DNA of 64,000 nt from the NCBI GenBank assembly GCA_050633305.1, contig JBOEGF010000010.1, positions 608,001 through 672,000 on the forward strand. The letters run 5' to 3'. The position numbers and the translations under genes are program-made. The stretch is from Nannocystales bacterium. GTDB taxonomy: Bacteria; Myxococcota_A; Polyangia; Nannocystales; Nannocystaceae. The notes under the pieces are model-generated. The model ran no database searches, was not told the origin of the DNA, and worked only from the letters and a program-made list of their open reading frames with translations. The stretch's first letter is position 1. Every line of letters begins with the position of its first letter. Positions 19,014 through 28,787 of the stretch are shown here, one piece after another.

Positions 19014-20825
19014 ATGAAACGCATTGCTGAGAAGCTATTCCTCGTGCCGGTGTGCGGCGTGATCCTCATCCCCGGCTGCAGGCCGGTCAGATACGAAGGC
19101 GAGAGAAGCACCGATGAGGGGGAAAACTCCTCTCGGGGGGAGGACGGCCCCGGCGATGCATCCGGAGAAGATGGCGGCGACGCCCCGACGGACTCTGGCT
19201 GGGATGACGATGCGTCAACAGGGGGAGGCGACCCAGGGTCCTGTGACACGGAGAAACAGTGGGCCATGGGCTTTCTCTCGACACACTGCGGCGCGTGCCA
19301 TGCTGGCGGGGCCAGTCAAGGAAACTTTGACTACGTCGATGACTTCAATCAGTTGCTCTCGAGTGGGAAGATCGTCGCTGGGGACGCCGCAGCCTCTGTG
19401 TTGTTCGCTCGCATCGACGCCGGCTCGATGCCGCCGCAGGGGATTGAGCCTCAGCCCAATGCGGACCAAGTCGCTCGGTTGGGTGACTTTATCGACGTTT
19501 GCACGGATGGCGGTCAGGATCTCGACTGCGACAACGAAGTCATCGGAAATCTCGAGCTGCTGCGGGAGATACAGGACGACATTACGTTCGTTGACACCGA
19601 CGACCGGCCGTTTACACGATATCTGACGCTCACGCACCTGCACAACGCAGGGCTGTGCGGCGAGGACCTGCAAGCATACCGCGACGCGACAGCCAAGCTC
19701 GTCAATGCTCTCTCAACCGAGGCGATCATCGAGGCTCCTGTTGCCATTGACGCGGCGGAGACGATCTTCCGCATCGACCTTCGTGACTACGGGTGGGATC
19801 AACCCGTCGGGGCATTTTCAGACAAATGGGAGGCGCTCGTGGACTCCAGTCCCTATGCGTTCGAGCGTCTCGAGGACGAAGCCGAAACCATCAAGGTGTT
19901 GATCGAGACGTCGATCCCGATGCTCCAGGCGGACGCCTTCATCGACATCGCATCGCAGCCCCCACTGTACCACGACCTCGCAGGGGTCCCCGATACTCTC
20001 CAGGAGCTCGAGCAGCTCCTTGCATTGAACATTGAGGACAATGTTTTCGATGAGGAGGTTGTCCGATCCGGACTGCTCGACTCTGGTGTCTCTCGGCAAA
20101 ATCGCATCATCGAACGCCACGAAATCCCGTTGGCCGCAAACCGAGTGATGTGGGTCAGCTACGACTTCGAAGACGACAGCCTGGAAGAGCAGAATATTTT
20201 CGCGAGTCCGCTGGACTTCCAGGAAGCCGGCGGCGAAGTCATTTTCAGCCTACCCAACGGGCTGCATGCGTACATGCTCACGGATGCTGCAGGAAACCGG
20301 CTGGACGTGGCTCCTGACGCGATCGTCACCGACCCCTCTCAGGAGGACCAGAACGTTCGAAACGGAATCTCTTGTTTCGGGTGTCACCCGCAGCTCCTTC
20401 CCGCGCTGGACTCGGTGAGGGACTACGTGCTCACCGGAGTTGAGTTCGACGCTCAAACCAAAGATACGGTGGACCGAATCTACCCCGTTCAGTCGGAGGT
20501 CGACGAGATTATCCAGGCCGACACCACGGCGTTCCAAGGAGCGGTGTCTGCGACAGGGGTCGACCCTGGTCTCACGCTCGAGCCCATCTCGGACACCTTT
20601 GCTCGGTTCCAACTCAACGTCAGCCTCGAGGTCGCCGCAGCCGAACTTGGCATCGCCCCCGCGACTCTCGCAACCCAGCTTGGGGGACTCGAGCCGGCCT
20701 TGTCTCCGTTGGTCAACAGCACCATCAAACGCGATACATGGACTTCGCTGTTTGCGAACACTGTGTGTCGTCTCAAGCTCGGCCTCGCCGACGACCCACA
20801 GTGTGCCGTCGTCGAAGAAGAGTAG
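19014..20825 (+). CDS. Di-heme c-type cytochrome lipoprotein with large uncharacterised domain
   Basis: Lipobox LIPGC; CGACH...MPP and GISCFGCH. Confidence 0.85.
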   Translation: MKRIAEKLFLVPVCGVILIPGCRPVRYEGERSTDEGENSSRGEDGPGDASGEDGGDAPTDSGWDDDASTGGGDPGSCDTEKQWAMGFLSTHCGACHAGGASQGNFDYVDDFNQLLSSGKIVAGDAAASVLFARIDAGSMPPQGIEPQPNADQVARLGDFIDVCTDGGQDLDCDNEVIGNLELLREIQDDITFVDTDDRPFTRYLTLTHLHNAGLCGEDLQAYRDATAKLVNALSTEAIIEAPVAIDAAETIFRIDLRDYGWDQPVGAFSDKWEALVDSSPYAFERLEDEAETIKVLIETSIPMLQADAFIDIASQPPLYHDLAGVPDTLQELEQLLALNIEDNVFDEEVVRSGLLDSGVSRQNRIIERHEIPLAANRVMWVSYDFEDDSLEEQNIFASPLDFQEAGGEVIFSLPNGLHAYMLTDAAGNRLDVAPDAIVTDPSQEDQNVRNGISCFGCHPQLLPALDSVRDYVLTGVEFDAQTKDTVDRIYPVQSEVDEIIQADTTAFQGAVSATGVDPGLTLEPISDTFARFQLNVSLEVAAAELGIAPATLATQLGGLEPALSPLVNSTIKRDTWTSLFANTVCRLKLGLADDPQCAVVEEE

Positions 20826-20861
20826 CCAAAGCGAACCACCGCCTTTCACGGAGCCGAGACC

Positions 20862-22970
20862 ATGACCGTACGAGTCCTCCCCCCCTACCACCTCTCACTG
20901 TGTGCGTTGGCCTTCGCCCCTGGCTGCTACGCGGGTATCGCCACGGGCGCCCCGGAGGGGGAGACTGCGGCGGAGGGCAACACCGACATCGAGGCCGAAG
21001 ATGCGGACGAGACAGGTGGTGAGACGGGGAGGGGAGATGAGCCCCCTCCCGCTCCGCCTCCTGCAGCCGAGGTCAACTGCACGCAGGAGACTTCGTGGAC
21101 CGTGGACTTCCTGGCGGAAAACTGCGGTGGGTGTCATGGCGGGGAAGGCTCAGCACAAGGCAATTTCGACGATGTGACCGACCTGGCTCGGCTCGTCGAG
21201 AGCGGCAAGGTTGTCCCTGGGGACCCGAGCGCTTCTCCCTTGTTCGCGCTGGTCGACAGCGGTGCCATGCCCCCTGCGAGCGTGTCCGAGCGCCCGAGCG
21301 CGGAGCAGCTGGATCGCTTGGCTGATTTCATCACCGAGTGTGCCGCCGCGCCTCCGGGGCAGTGCCAAGGGAACGAGCCCATCGATGTCTATGAAACGCT
21401 GGAGCTGATCTCGTCGGACATCGTCGGCGTTGATGCGGACGACCGTCCCTTCGTTCGGTACTTGACGTTGGGGCACTTGCACGCGGCCGGATACTGTGAC
21501 GACGAGATCGAGGTTTTCCGAGCAGCGATGGCGAAGCTGCTCAACGCTTTGTCCACCGAGGTCGGGGTCGAGGTCCCCGTGCCGCTCGACGACGCGCGAA
21601 CGATCTATCGCATCGACCTGCGAGACTACGGCTGGGAGAGACCCATCGGCGGATTCTCGAACAAATGGGAGGCGCTCATAAACGCGACGCCCTACGCGCT
21701 CGAGCGGCTCGAGGACAGCGCCCGGTTGATTCAGCAGTTCACGGGAACCACGGTGCCGATCCTGATGGCGGACGCCATGCTCGACGTTGCGGCCCAACCT
21801 CCTCTGTACCATGATCTGGTCGACGCTCCGACGTCGCTGGCCGACCTCGAAAACCGCTTCGGTATCGACATCTCGGACAACATCGAGGAACTCGATGTGG
21901 CACGCGCTGGCGTACAGGACTCGGATGTCTCGCACCAGAACCGTGTCGTGGAGCGACACGAGCTCGGCACCGGTCAGGGGCAAACCGTCTGGATCGCGTA
22001 CGACTTCGACGACGACAGCGAGGTGGACACGAACATCTTTACCGCCCCGCTCGATTTTGACGCCGTGTTGCTGGAGGTCATCTACTCACTCCCCAATGGG
22101 TCACACGGCTATCTGTTGCTTGATGGCAATGGGGACCGAGTGGATGTTGGCCGCAACGAGATCGCGAGCGACCCACTGCAAGACGACCGAAAGCTTCGCT
22201 CAGGTATCTCCTGCATCGGGTGTCACACCAGCATTCTCGTCGCCGAGGATGTCGTGCGGGAGCACGTGCTGGGGGGCGTCGAGTTCGATGCGCAAGCCAA
22301 GGATGATATTGCCGAGATCTACCTACCTACGTACGAATTCGTCGAGCTGCAGGAGCAAGACAGCCAAGCCTACCACATCAGTCTCACACGGGCGGAGGTC
22401 GACGTCTCCGAACCCGTCGAGCCTGTCTCCGCGAGCTACACCCAGCATCGCCGCAACGTGGATCTCAAGCGAGCTGCGGCCGAACTGGGGATCTCTGATA
22501 CGACGTTGTTGACCAACCTCGGACGGCTGAGTCCAGTGTTGGGGCCTCTTGCGACGGGGTCGGTCAAGCGCGACACTTGGACGGCGAGGTTTCCCGAGAC
22601 CGTTTGCTTGCTGAGGCTAGGGCTCGCCGACGACCCTGCCTGTGCGGGGGTGGGGGAGGGAGACGGAGTCCCTGGCACCGCCGGTGAAGGGGCCGACCCG
22701 TACGGGGACTGCGCGAACAGTGCGGCGACCATCTGCGGGCCAGACGCGTTCTGTTTGGACACGCCCGACTTCGGAGTCTGTTCCCCGGTCCCATGCGAGT
22801 CCGCCGCGGACTGCCCCGACGCACCCATTGATGCGGACGCCGAGCTTTCATGCCAGGACACGCTTGGAGTGGGGTTCAACTCCTGCGTTCTCGATTGTCG
22901 TGTGGGTCAGGTATGCCCGGGCGGGATGTCCTGCGTGGCCAACTCGTTCTGCGTATTCCAGCGACAGTAA
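20862..22970 (+). CDS. Paralogous di-heme cytochrome c lipoprotein with Cys-rich C-terminal domain
   Basis: Lipobox FAPGC; CGGCH...MPP and GISCIGCH; many blocks shared with the upstream gene. Confidence 0.85.
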   Translation: MTVRVLPPYHLSLCALAFAPGCYAGIATGAPEGETAAEGNTDIEAEDADETGGETGRGDEPPPAPPPAAEVNCTQETSWTVDFLAENCGGCHGGEGSAQGNFDDVTDLARLVESGKVVPGDPSASPLFALVDSGAMPPASVSERPSAEQLDRLADFITECAAAPPGQCQGNEPIDVYETLELISSDIVGVDADDRPFVRYLTLGHLHAAGYCDDEIEVFRAAMAKLLNALSTEVGVEVPVPLDDARTIYRIDLRDYGWERPIGGFSNKWEALINATPYALERLEDSARLIQQFTGTTVPILMADAMLDVAAQPPLYHDLVDAPTSLADLENRFGIDISDNIEELDVARAGVQDSDVSHQNRVVERHELGTGQGQTVWIAYDFDDDSEVDTNIFTAPLDFDAVLLEVIYSLPNGSHGYLLLDGNGDRVDVGRNEIASDPLQDDRKLRSGISCIGCHTSILVAEDVVREHVLGGVEFDAQAKDDIAEIYLPTYEFVELQEQDSQAYHISLTRAEVDVSEPVEPVSASYTQHRRNVDLKRAAAELGISDTTLLTNLGRLSPVLGPLATGSVKRDTWTARFPETVCLLRLGLADDPACAGVGEGDGVPGTAGEGADPYGDCANSAATICGPDAFCLDTPDFGVCSPVPCESAADCPDAPIDADAELSCQDTLGVGFNSCVLDCRVGQVCPGGMSCVANSFCVFQRQ

Positions 22971-22975
22971 GGACG

Positions 22976-24307
22976 ATGGGCGCACAAATGCATCACTGCG
23001 TCAGCATCCTGGGGCTCTGGAGCCTCATGGGGTGTGTGGAAATCGAACCCTCTCAGGGGCCGTTCGGGTGGAGCTCGGGTACCGGGGAGCCTCCAGACAC
23101 GACGATGTCAGATGCCTCGGACTTCGATGAGCAACCGGGGGACATGCCCGCACGGCTCGATGTTTCGGCGGGCGGTGCCCCCGCGGGACAGGCCTGCACG
23201 GGCGTGTCGTCCGAGACGTACGCGCACATCTGGATTGCGAACTCGCCCCAAGGAACGGTATCGAAAATCGACACCCGCACGGGGGCGGAACAGGGGCGAT
23301 ACTACACGGGCCCCTCGATGGGGATCGACAATCCGTCTCGAACGTCGGTCGGCCTCGCGGGAGACGTCGTGGTCGCGAACCGACTTGGCAGTGTTGTGAG
23401 CGTCGCCGCCGACCGCGAACGCTGCATCGACCGGAACGGCAACGGTGTCATCGAGACTTCAGGGGGCGCAACCGACGTGCTGCGCTGGGGGGAGGACGAG
23501 TGCGTACGGTGGAACAGCTTCCTCTCCACCGACGCCGACTCGACCCACGGTCCGCGCCCCGTCGGGTGGGATATCGGCGAAGGTGATGACCCCTGTGATG
23601 TCTCCGATGACCGCGTCTGGGTGGGATGGTTCGACCACCACACGAACACGGGCCGCTTCGAGAGGCGCGATGGGACCGACGGTGCCCTGCTCGACGAAGT
23701 CTCGGTCGAGGAGTGGGATGCAAGCCGTTCCAGCAACTTCGGGCCGTACGGCGGGGCTGTGGACGGCGACGGCAACTTCTGGGTCCTTGGTCTGTTCGGC
23801 CCCATCGTGAAGATCGACGGTCAGACCCTCGAGGTCTCGCGCTGGGAGGTTCCGTCGGGAACGTCCCCTTACGGCCTGGCGCTGGATGAAGACGGTCACC
23901 CGTGGCTCGCGGGCTACGACGGCAACGTCCTTCATCTCGACCCCGAGCTCGGTTGGAGTGAGCCGATCCTGGTTGGAGATGGTCGCCGATTACGGGGGCT
24001 GCAGGTCGATCAAGAAGGTCAGGCTTGGATCGCGGCCAACGACCCGTGCGGAGTCGTGATGGTCGACACCAAGACCAGCGCGCTCATCTACTCACAAATC
24101 GAGTTGCAGGACTGCCGCGAGCCGGTCGGGGTCAGCGTCGACATCGACGGCCAGGTCTGGCTGCCCGACTTCGGCGGGAACTCTGTCTACCGACTCGATC
24201 CTGACGAGCTGTCCACCGTACGAACCGTGGGCTTGCAGGGCCCGTACACCTATTCGGACATGACCGGGGCCGGGCTTCGCCTGGTCGCCCACCAACCCGT
24301 TGGCTGA
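22976..24307 (+). CDS. Vgb-lyase-like beta-propeller lipoprotein
   Basis: Lipobox SLMGC; IWIANS..GTVSKIDT, PSRTSV, repeated YGxAxDxDGxxW blades, PYTYSDMTG. Confidence 0.85.
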   Translation: MGAQMHHCVSILGLWSLMGCVEIEPSQGPFGWSSGTGEPPDTTMSDASDFDEQPGDMPARLDVSAGGAPAGQACTGVSSETYAHIWIANSPQGTVSKIDTRTGAEQGRYYTGPSMGIDNPSRTSVGLAGDVVVANRLGSVVSVAADRERCIDRNGNGVIETSGGATDVLRWGEDECVRWNSFLSTDADSTHGPRPVGWDIGEGDDPCDVSDDRVWVGWFDHHTNTGRFERRDGTDGALLDEVSVEEWDASRSSNFGPYGGAVDGDGNFWVLGLFGPIVKIDGQTLEVSRWEVPSGTSPYGLALDEDGHPWLAGYDGNVLHLDPELGWSEPILVGDGRRLRGLQVDQEGQAWIAANDPCGVVMVDTKTSALIYSQIELQDCREPVGVSVDIDGQVWLPDFGGNSVYRLDPDELSTVRTVGLQGPYTYSDMTGAGLRLVAHQPVG

Positions 24308-24334
24308 GCGAGAGCCTCGCGCTCGTGAGCGGTC

Positions 24335-24460
24335 CTGTTCGGTTCGCGGAGCTTGAACATCTGAAGCTGGCCCGTGGCGACGCACGGCAGGCTATCGAGC
24401 AGCTCGGCCGAGGTCGGGCATCGAGTCGTGGGGCATCTTCTCGCGGCAGAGCGAGATGAG
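24335..24460 (-). pseudogene. Degenerate copy of the 3' end of the acyl-CoA ligase gene (10271-10395)
   Basis: Aligns by eye, e.g. cggttcgcggagcttgaac and ccgaggtcgggcat are shared; contains an indel. Confidence 0.8.
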
Positions 24461-24633
24461 GGGGTTCTCGTCGCGTCAGGTCACTCGTCAGCCCCTCTGC
24501 CGGGGGGAACGGCGCCTCGCGAGCCAACGACGCTGGCTCGGAAGCCCCAGGCGGACCACAAGCCAGGATTGGGATCCTGTACCTCGGCTCGGAGGCTTGT
24601 TGAACACGGATTCATAGCGGGGTAAGGCAAGCC

Positions 24634-25287
24634 ATGGGCCTTGTGGTCAAACTGGTCATATTCGCGATCGTGGGCATCGCAGGGGCTGTGGCGGCACGAA
24701 GGATGGCTATCGCCGCCAAGGCTCCCATCTCGGATGACGAATGCGTCTCTTGTGGGTCGTCCGAGGTTCAGGTCCAGGGCGCCGGAGCGTATGTGTGCCT
24801 CGCGTGCGGCTACGAGGGAGGTTCAGGCCGGGCGGCACTCCACGAGCAGGCCCAGGCGGAGCGCTACGCGAACCTGAGCCCTCAGGCGCGTCAAGAGGCA
24901 GTGACCGACCACATCCGAACGGCTGCGCGCATTTTGTCGAACTACAACGAAGGTGTGGTTGTGGGCAACGTTGGCCTGGCAGCGGTGGGGCTCGACGAAT
25001 TCTCCCGGGACGAGGGTCTAGCCGCTGCAAGATCGACCGTCGCCGGTGACCTTTGCGCTGCTGCGGCGGAACTCAAGCTTGCCGCGCGGGTCGCGGGCGG
25101 TGAGATCGTGCTCGCCAACGGCCTGACCGTGGACGCGAAGGGCGTCGCGAAGTCCCTGCTCGAGGCGCAGGAAAAGATGCTCGCATCGGTCGCGATGATC
25201 TCGACCGCCGCAAACGCCGACTCCTACCTTCAGAAGGTGCTCGCTGGAATTCCTGACGTCTCCGCCGCGTCGAATCCCTCCGCATAG
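24634..25287 (+). CDS. Membrane-anchored hypothetical protein with Zn-ribbon
   Basis: N-terminal TM; CVSCG...CLACG. Confidence 0.75.
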   Translation: MGLVVKLVIFAIVGIAGAVAARRMAIAAKAPISDDECVSCGSSEVQVQGAGAYVCLACGYEGGSGRAALHEQAQAERYANLSPQARQEAVTDHIRTAARILSNYNEGVVVGNVGLAAVGLDEFSRDEGLAAARSTVAGDLCAAAAELKLAARVAGGEIVLANGLTVDAKGVAKSLLEAQEKMLASVAMISTAANADSYLQKVLAGIPDVSAASNPSA

Positions 25288-25350
25288 CAACGAGGACGCC
25301 GGCGTCGTCGAGTCGCAGCTCACGCGTGGCCGTGACGGGCCCAGACCCGC

Positions 25351-26073
25351 CTACTCGCACGCGACTGCATCGTCGTTCGTGATGAGCTGTTCCGACATGC
25401 ACTCGAACAGGGCACTGACGTCCGCGTCATCATCGTAGGTCGCCACGCAGGCCGTCACGGCATCGGCGTTCGGCGTTGCGATGCCAGTGACGGATGCGAG
25501 AATGGGCGGGTTGTCGACGAGGCCGCAGCTGTAGCGGTGGTAACCCCCCTCGGGTCGAGGCACGTACTCTTCCGTGACCGAGCCGTTGTAGAGTTCGCTG
25601 CGGATCGTGAACCGAACCTCGTGTCCCTCGGCCAGTTGGCGCACCACACACTCGACTGCCTCGGCATCCTCGAACTCGGTCTCCTCACCGCCGGACTCCG
25701 AGAATCCGCCGGAGAGAACAATGGCACGGCAGGGCGCGACTTCTGCGTCGCAGCCCCGGACCACGTCATCCGCCGGCCGGCAACGATCGTCGAGAGCTAC
25801 GGCGTCGACCCATGGGTCGAAGCAGGAGCAGTCGGCGGGGGTGTCGGTGTCCGCCTCGCTCTCGGTCTCACCGTTGGACTCGGTTTCACCGCTGCCCTCG
25901 GTTTCGGCGTCGGTGTCGGGCTCGGGGTCGCCGTCGGTTTCCTGCTGGCCTTCTGTTCCGGTTTCGCCAGCGTCGAGACTGGCCTCCTCAGAAGCACACC
26001 CGTGAGTGAGAAGGAGGGAGGCGCACAAGGCAATACCAAGGCGTCGGCGGCTGGTTTGCAGTCCAAGGGTCAT
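25351..26073 (-). CDS. Hypothetical acidic Cys-rich lipoprotein
   Basis: Lipobox LTHGC, E/T/G-rich linker. Confidence 0.75.
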   Translation of the reverse strand: MTLGLQTSRRRLGIALCASLLLTHGCASEEASLDAGETGTEGQQETDGDPEPDTDAETEGSGETESNGETESEADTDTPADCSCFDPWVDAVALDDRCRPADDVVRGCDAEVAPCRAIVLSGGFSESGGEETEFEDAEAVECVVRQLAEGHEVRFTIRSELYNGSVTEEYVPRPEGGYHRYSCGLVDNPPILASVTGIATPNADAVTACVATYDDDADVSALFECMSEQLITNDDAVACE

Positions 26074-26083
26074 ACACCGTGCA

Positions 26084-26114
26084 ATGGCCGGTTTTTTGCG
26101 ATCCCGTCACGCCG
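26084..26114 (-). promoter_or_regulatory. Putative promoter/operator CGGCGTGA-N11-AAAACCGGCCAT
   Basis: Second copy of the motif upstream of the PARP-like gene; 10 nt before the ATG at 26073. Confidence 0.55.
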
Positions 26115-26127
26115 GCTGGATTTCACC

Positions 26128-28461
26128 TCACGGCCTGGTTCTGAGAGCCTTCGCCTGGCGGCGTGCCGCGTCTTCAGCCGCGCTGTCGCCTGCTCGGGCG
26201 TGGATCTCGGCGACCTCTTCCCAGAGGCTTCCCTGGCGCGCCGTGGTGTCGGTCCGCGACTGGATTGCACCGAGAGCCTCGTCCAGCGTCCTCAAAGCGC
26301 CAGCGGTCGCTCCGGTTCGAGCTTGCGCCTTGGAGAGGTTGAGTCGGGCGGTCTCGACCGCCTTCGAATCCTCCGGATAGTGCTCGAGTCGAAGCGCCAG
26401 CGCCCGACGAGCAGGCTCGAGAGCCTTCGAGGCTCGCTCGAGCTTCAGCAGCGCGTTGGCGAGGTGTGACAGAGGGTCGGACACGCTGTGGTGCCCCGGT
26501 CCCAATCCGTCACTGAGCTCGGCAACGGCACGCTGCAGGGGTTCGAGGGCAGCCTCGGGGTTGCCCCGCGCGTTCATCGAGGCGCCGGTGTGGTTGAAGA
26601 ACCAGCCCCGGCGTACGGGCCCGATATCGGTTGAACCCATCAGACCACGGACCACCGCAGCCCACCCGTCGGCTTCGGCATAGCGATCTTGGAGGACGCC
26701 GCGGATGTAGACCAGCTCCATCGCAGCCGCGACCCCACCCTCGTAGTCTCCGACCGACAAGCGCAGCTCCAACACGCGGTGCAATAGGGTTGCAGCGTCG
26801 TCGTACCGTTCCTCAGCCTTGGCCAGCGAGGACCGAGTGAACAGAGCATTGGCGAGCACCGGTCGAAGCCCCAGCGTCTGGGCACGAGCGACCGCAGCAT
26901 CGGCGGCGGCGAGCGCCTCTGGCAGCCGGCCGTCGTCCCTGAGCTGCTTCACGCGCGTGTTTTGGTCCCTGAGCTTCAAGACTGCCGTGCGCAGCTGGGG
27001 GTCGTCGGGCAAGAGCTCCCGGGTCTCCTTGGTTCGAGCGCTGACGCAGCGATCGATGGGGGTCAAAGAGTCGAGCAGTTTATCGGTCGGTTTGCCTTCG
27101 GGAACCGGGCTCGTGTCCAAGAGCTCGGCGACCGTCTGAACCCGCTGAGCACGGATGTCGAGGCAGGACATCGTCGCTTCGAATTGTTGATTGTCGGCGG
27201 GCGGAGATGCGTCGCACGTGGCCGTGTATTGGTCATCCAGCTGCTTGGTGTACGCGTCCATCGACTTCAGCACGCGTCGCGGGACCTTCGAGCTGGCTTC
27301 GAGTCTGGCTCGGATTGGCTCGTCCCAGCTTCGTGCGAGGTGCTCTTGGGCTGTGGTGCAACGAGCCTCTCGGGGGCTCACCGTGTCGGTGGACAACACG
27401 AAGGCGATCGCCGTGACGGCAAGGGTGCTCGACAGACCCAACGCCAGCGCACCCCAGCGCCGCCGAGGTGGCTGTAGATGCTGCAGCAACGTGGCGAGGT
27501 CGGGCCAGCGTTCGGCCGGATCGGGTGCCAGGCCCCGTGTGATCGCGGCGTGGATCGAGCGCGGGATCTTTGTTCGCGGAGGCTTTAGGTCGCCGTTTTG
27601 CTTGGCGTAGGCGAGGGCGAACACGGAGCCACCCTCGAACGGCCGCTCGCCGTGAACCGCCTCCCACAATGAAACGCAGAACGCGAACTGGTCCGCGCGT
27701 TCGTCCGCCGGCAGGCCGAGGTGTTGCTCGGGCGCCATGTAGACCGGGGTACCCATGATCGTGCCCGCGACCGTGAGTTCAACCTCCGAGGATTCGGATG
27801 CCGGACCTTGCGTCGGCGCAAGACCGGTCACACGCGCGAGTCCGAAGTCGCCAACCCGGACACGGCTTGCAGCTCCATCGCTGTCGCTGCCCATGAACAC
27901 ATTGGCCGGCTTGAAGTCACGATGGATGAGCCCCGCGGCGTGGGCGGCGACGAGCCCTCGGCCGGCCTGAACGAACACTGCGAGGACTTCCTGGTAGGTC
28001 CGGGGCTGCTCCTCGAGCCAGCGGTCCACGGGGACACCGGAGACAAGCTCCATCGCGATCATCACCCCTCGTTCGGTCGTCTCGGCGTCGTAGATCGCGA
28101 CGACGTTGGGATGGCTGAGCTGGGCCATCGACTGCGCTTCGCGGAGCATCCGTGCTTCGGCGGCCGGGTCCGCGTCTTCCTGTTGGTGCAGGATTTTCAG
28201 GGCGACCTCGCGCCGTAGCCGAGGGTCGTACGCCCGCAAGACCACGCCCATCGCCCCCGCGCCCAACCGCTCGATCGTCAGGTATCGCGAGAGGGTACCC
28301 TCGGAGCCGGCCGGACCGGCCGTCGCGTCCGCATCGTGAAGCGTGTCCTCGAGCGAGCGAGGGTCGCTCGGAGGCGGCTCTTCGGTCCGACTCACGGGGA
28401 GATCTGGTCCTGGATGTGGGGTCACGTCAAGAGCCGATGACGTCGGTCGTTCCGTGGGCAT
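26128..28461 (-). CDS. Ser/Thr kinase - TM - TPR receptor
   Basis: LGAGAMGVV, HRDFKPAN, DFGLAR, GTPVYMAPEQ, TM, TPR-like helices; start taken at MPTERP. Confidence 0.9.
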   Translation of the reverse strand: MPTERPTSSALDVTPHPGPDLPVSRTEEPPPSDPRSLEDTLHDADATAGPAGSEGTLSRYLTIERLGAGAMGVVLRAYDPRLRREVALKILHQQEDADPAAEARMLREAQSMAQLSHPNVVAIYDAETTERGVMIAMELVSGVPVDRWLEEQPRTYQEVLAVFVQAGRGLVAAHAAGLIHRDFKPANVFMGSDSDGAASRVRVGDFGLARVTGLAPTQGPASESSEVELTVAGTIMGTPVYMAPEQHLGLPADERADQFAFCVSLWEAVHGERPFEGGSVFALAYAKQNGDLKPPRTKIPRSIHAAITRGLAPDPAERWPDLATLLQHLQPPRRRWGALALGLSSTLAVTAIAFVLSTDTVSPREARCTTAQEHLARSWDEPIRARLEASSKVPRRVLKSMDAYTKQLDDQYTATCDASPPADNQQFEATMSCLDIRAQRVQTVAELLDTSPVPEGKPTDKLLDSLTPIDRCVSARTKETRELLPDDPQLRTAVLKLRDQNTRVKQLRDDGRLPEALAAADAAVARAQTLGLRPVLANALFTRSSLAKAEERYDDAATLLHRVLELRLSVGDYEGGVAAAMELVYIRGVLQDRYAEADGWAAVVRGLMGSTDIGPVRRGWFFNHTGASMNARGNPEAALEPLQRAVAELSDGLGPGHHSVSDPLSHLANALLKLERASKALEPARRALALRLEHYPEDSKAVETARLNLSKAQARTGATAGALRTLDEALGAIQSRTDTTARQGSLWEEVAEIHARAGDSAAEDAARRQAKALRTRP

Positions 28462-28787
28462 CCTTGGCCTGCAAGTCTCGATATGGTCGAACGCGCGTTC
28501 AAACCTCGGAGTGTCCCGGCAGTCCGGCCACGGCGACGGAACGATGGACGGCCGCACGTCGCAAGCCACAGCCGCCGTTCCAGGGAGTTGCTCCGACGTT
28601 CGCAGAGCACGTCCTAGGACTGTCCGCTATCGAGGACAGTGTTGCCCTCGGGGCAAGAAACGCCAGGAACTGTCTCAAGAAGACGCCGCCGAAGACGAAG
28701 TTTGCAATGACTTGTCCTCGTTGTGGTCGTCGACCTGATCCAAGGGACAGGTCGAGCCGACCAGGCGGAACAGGAAGGATCTGCGCA

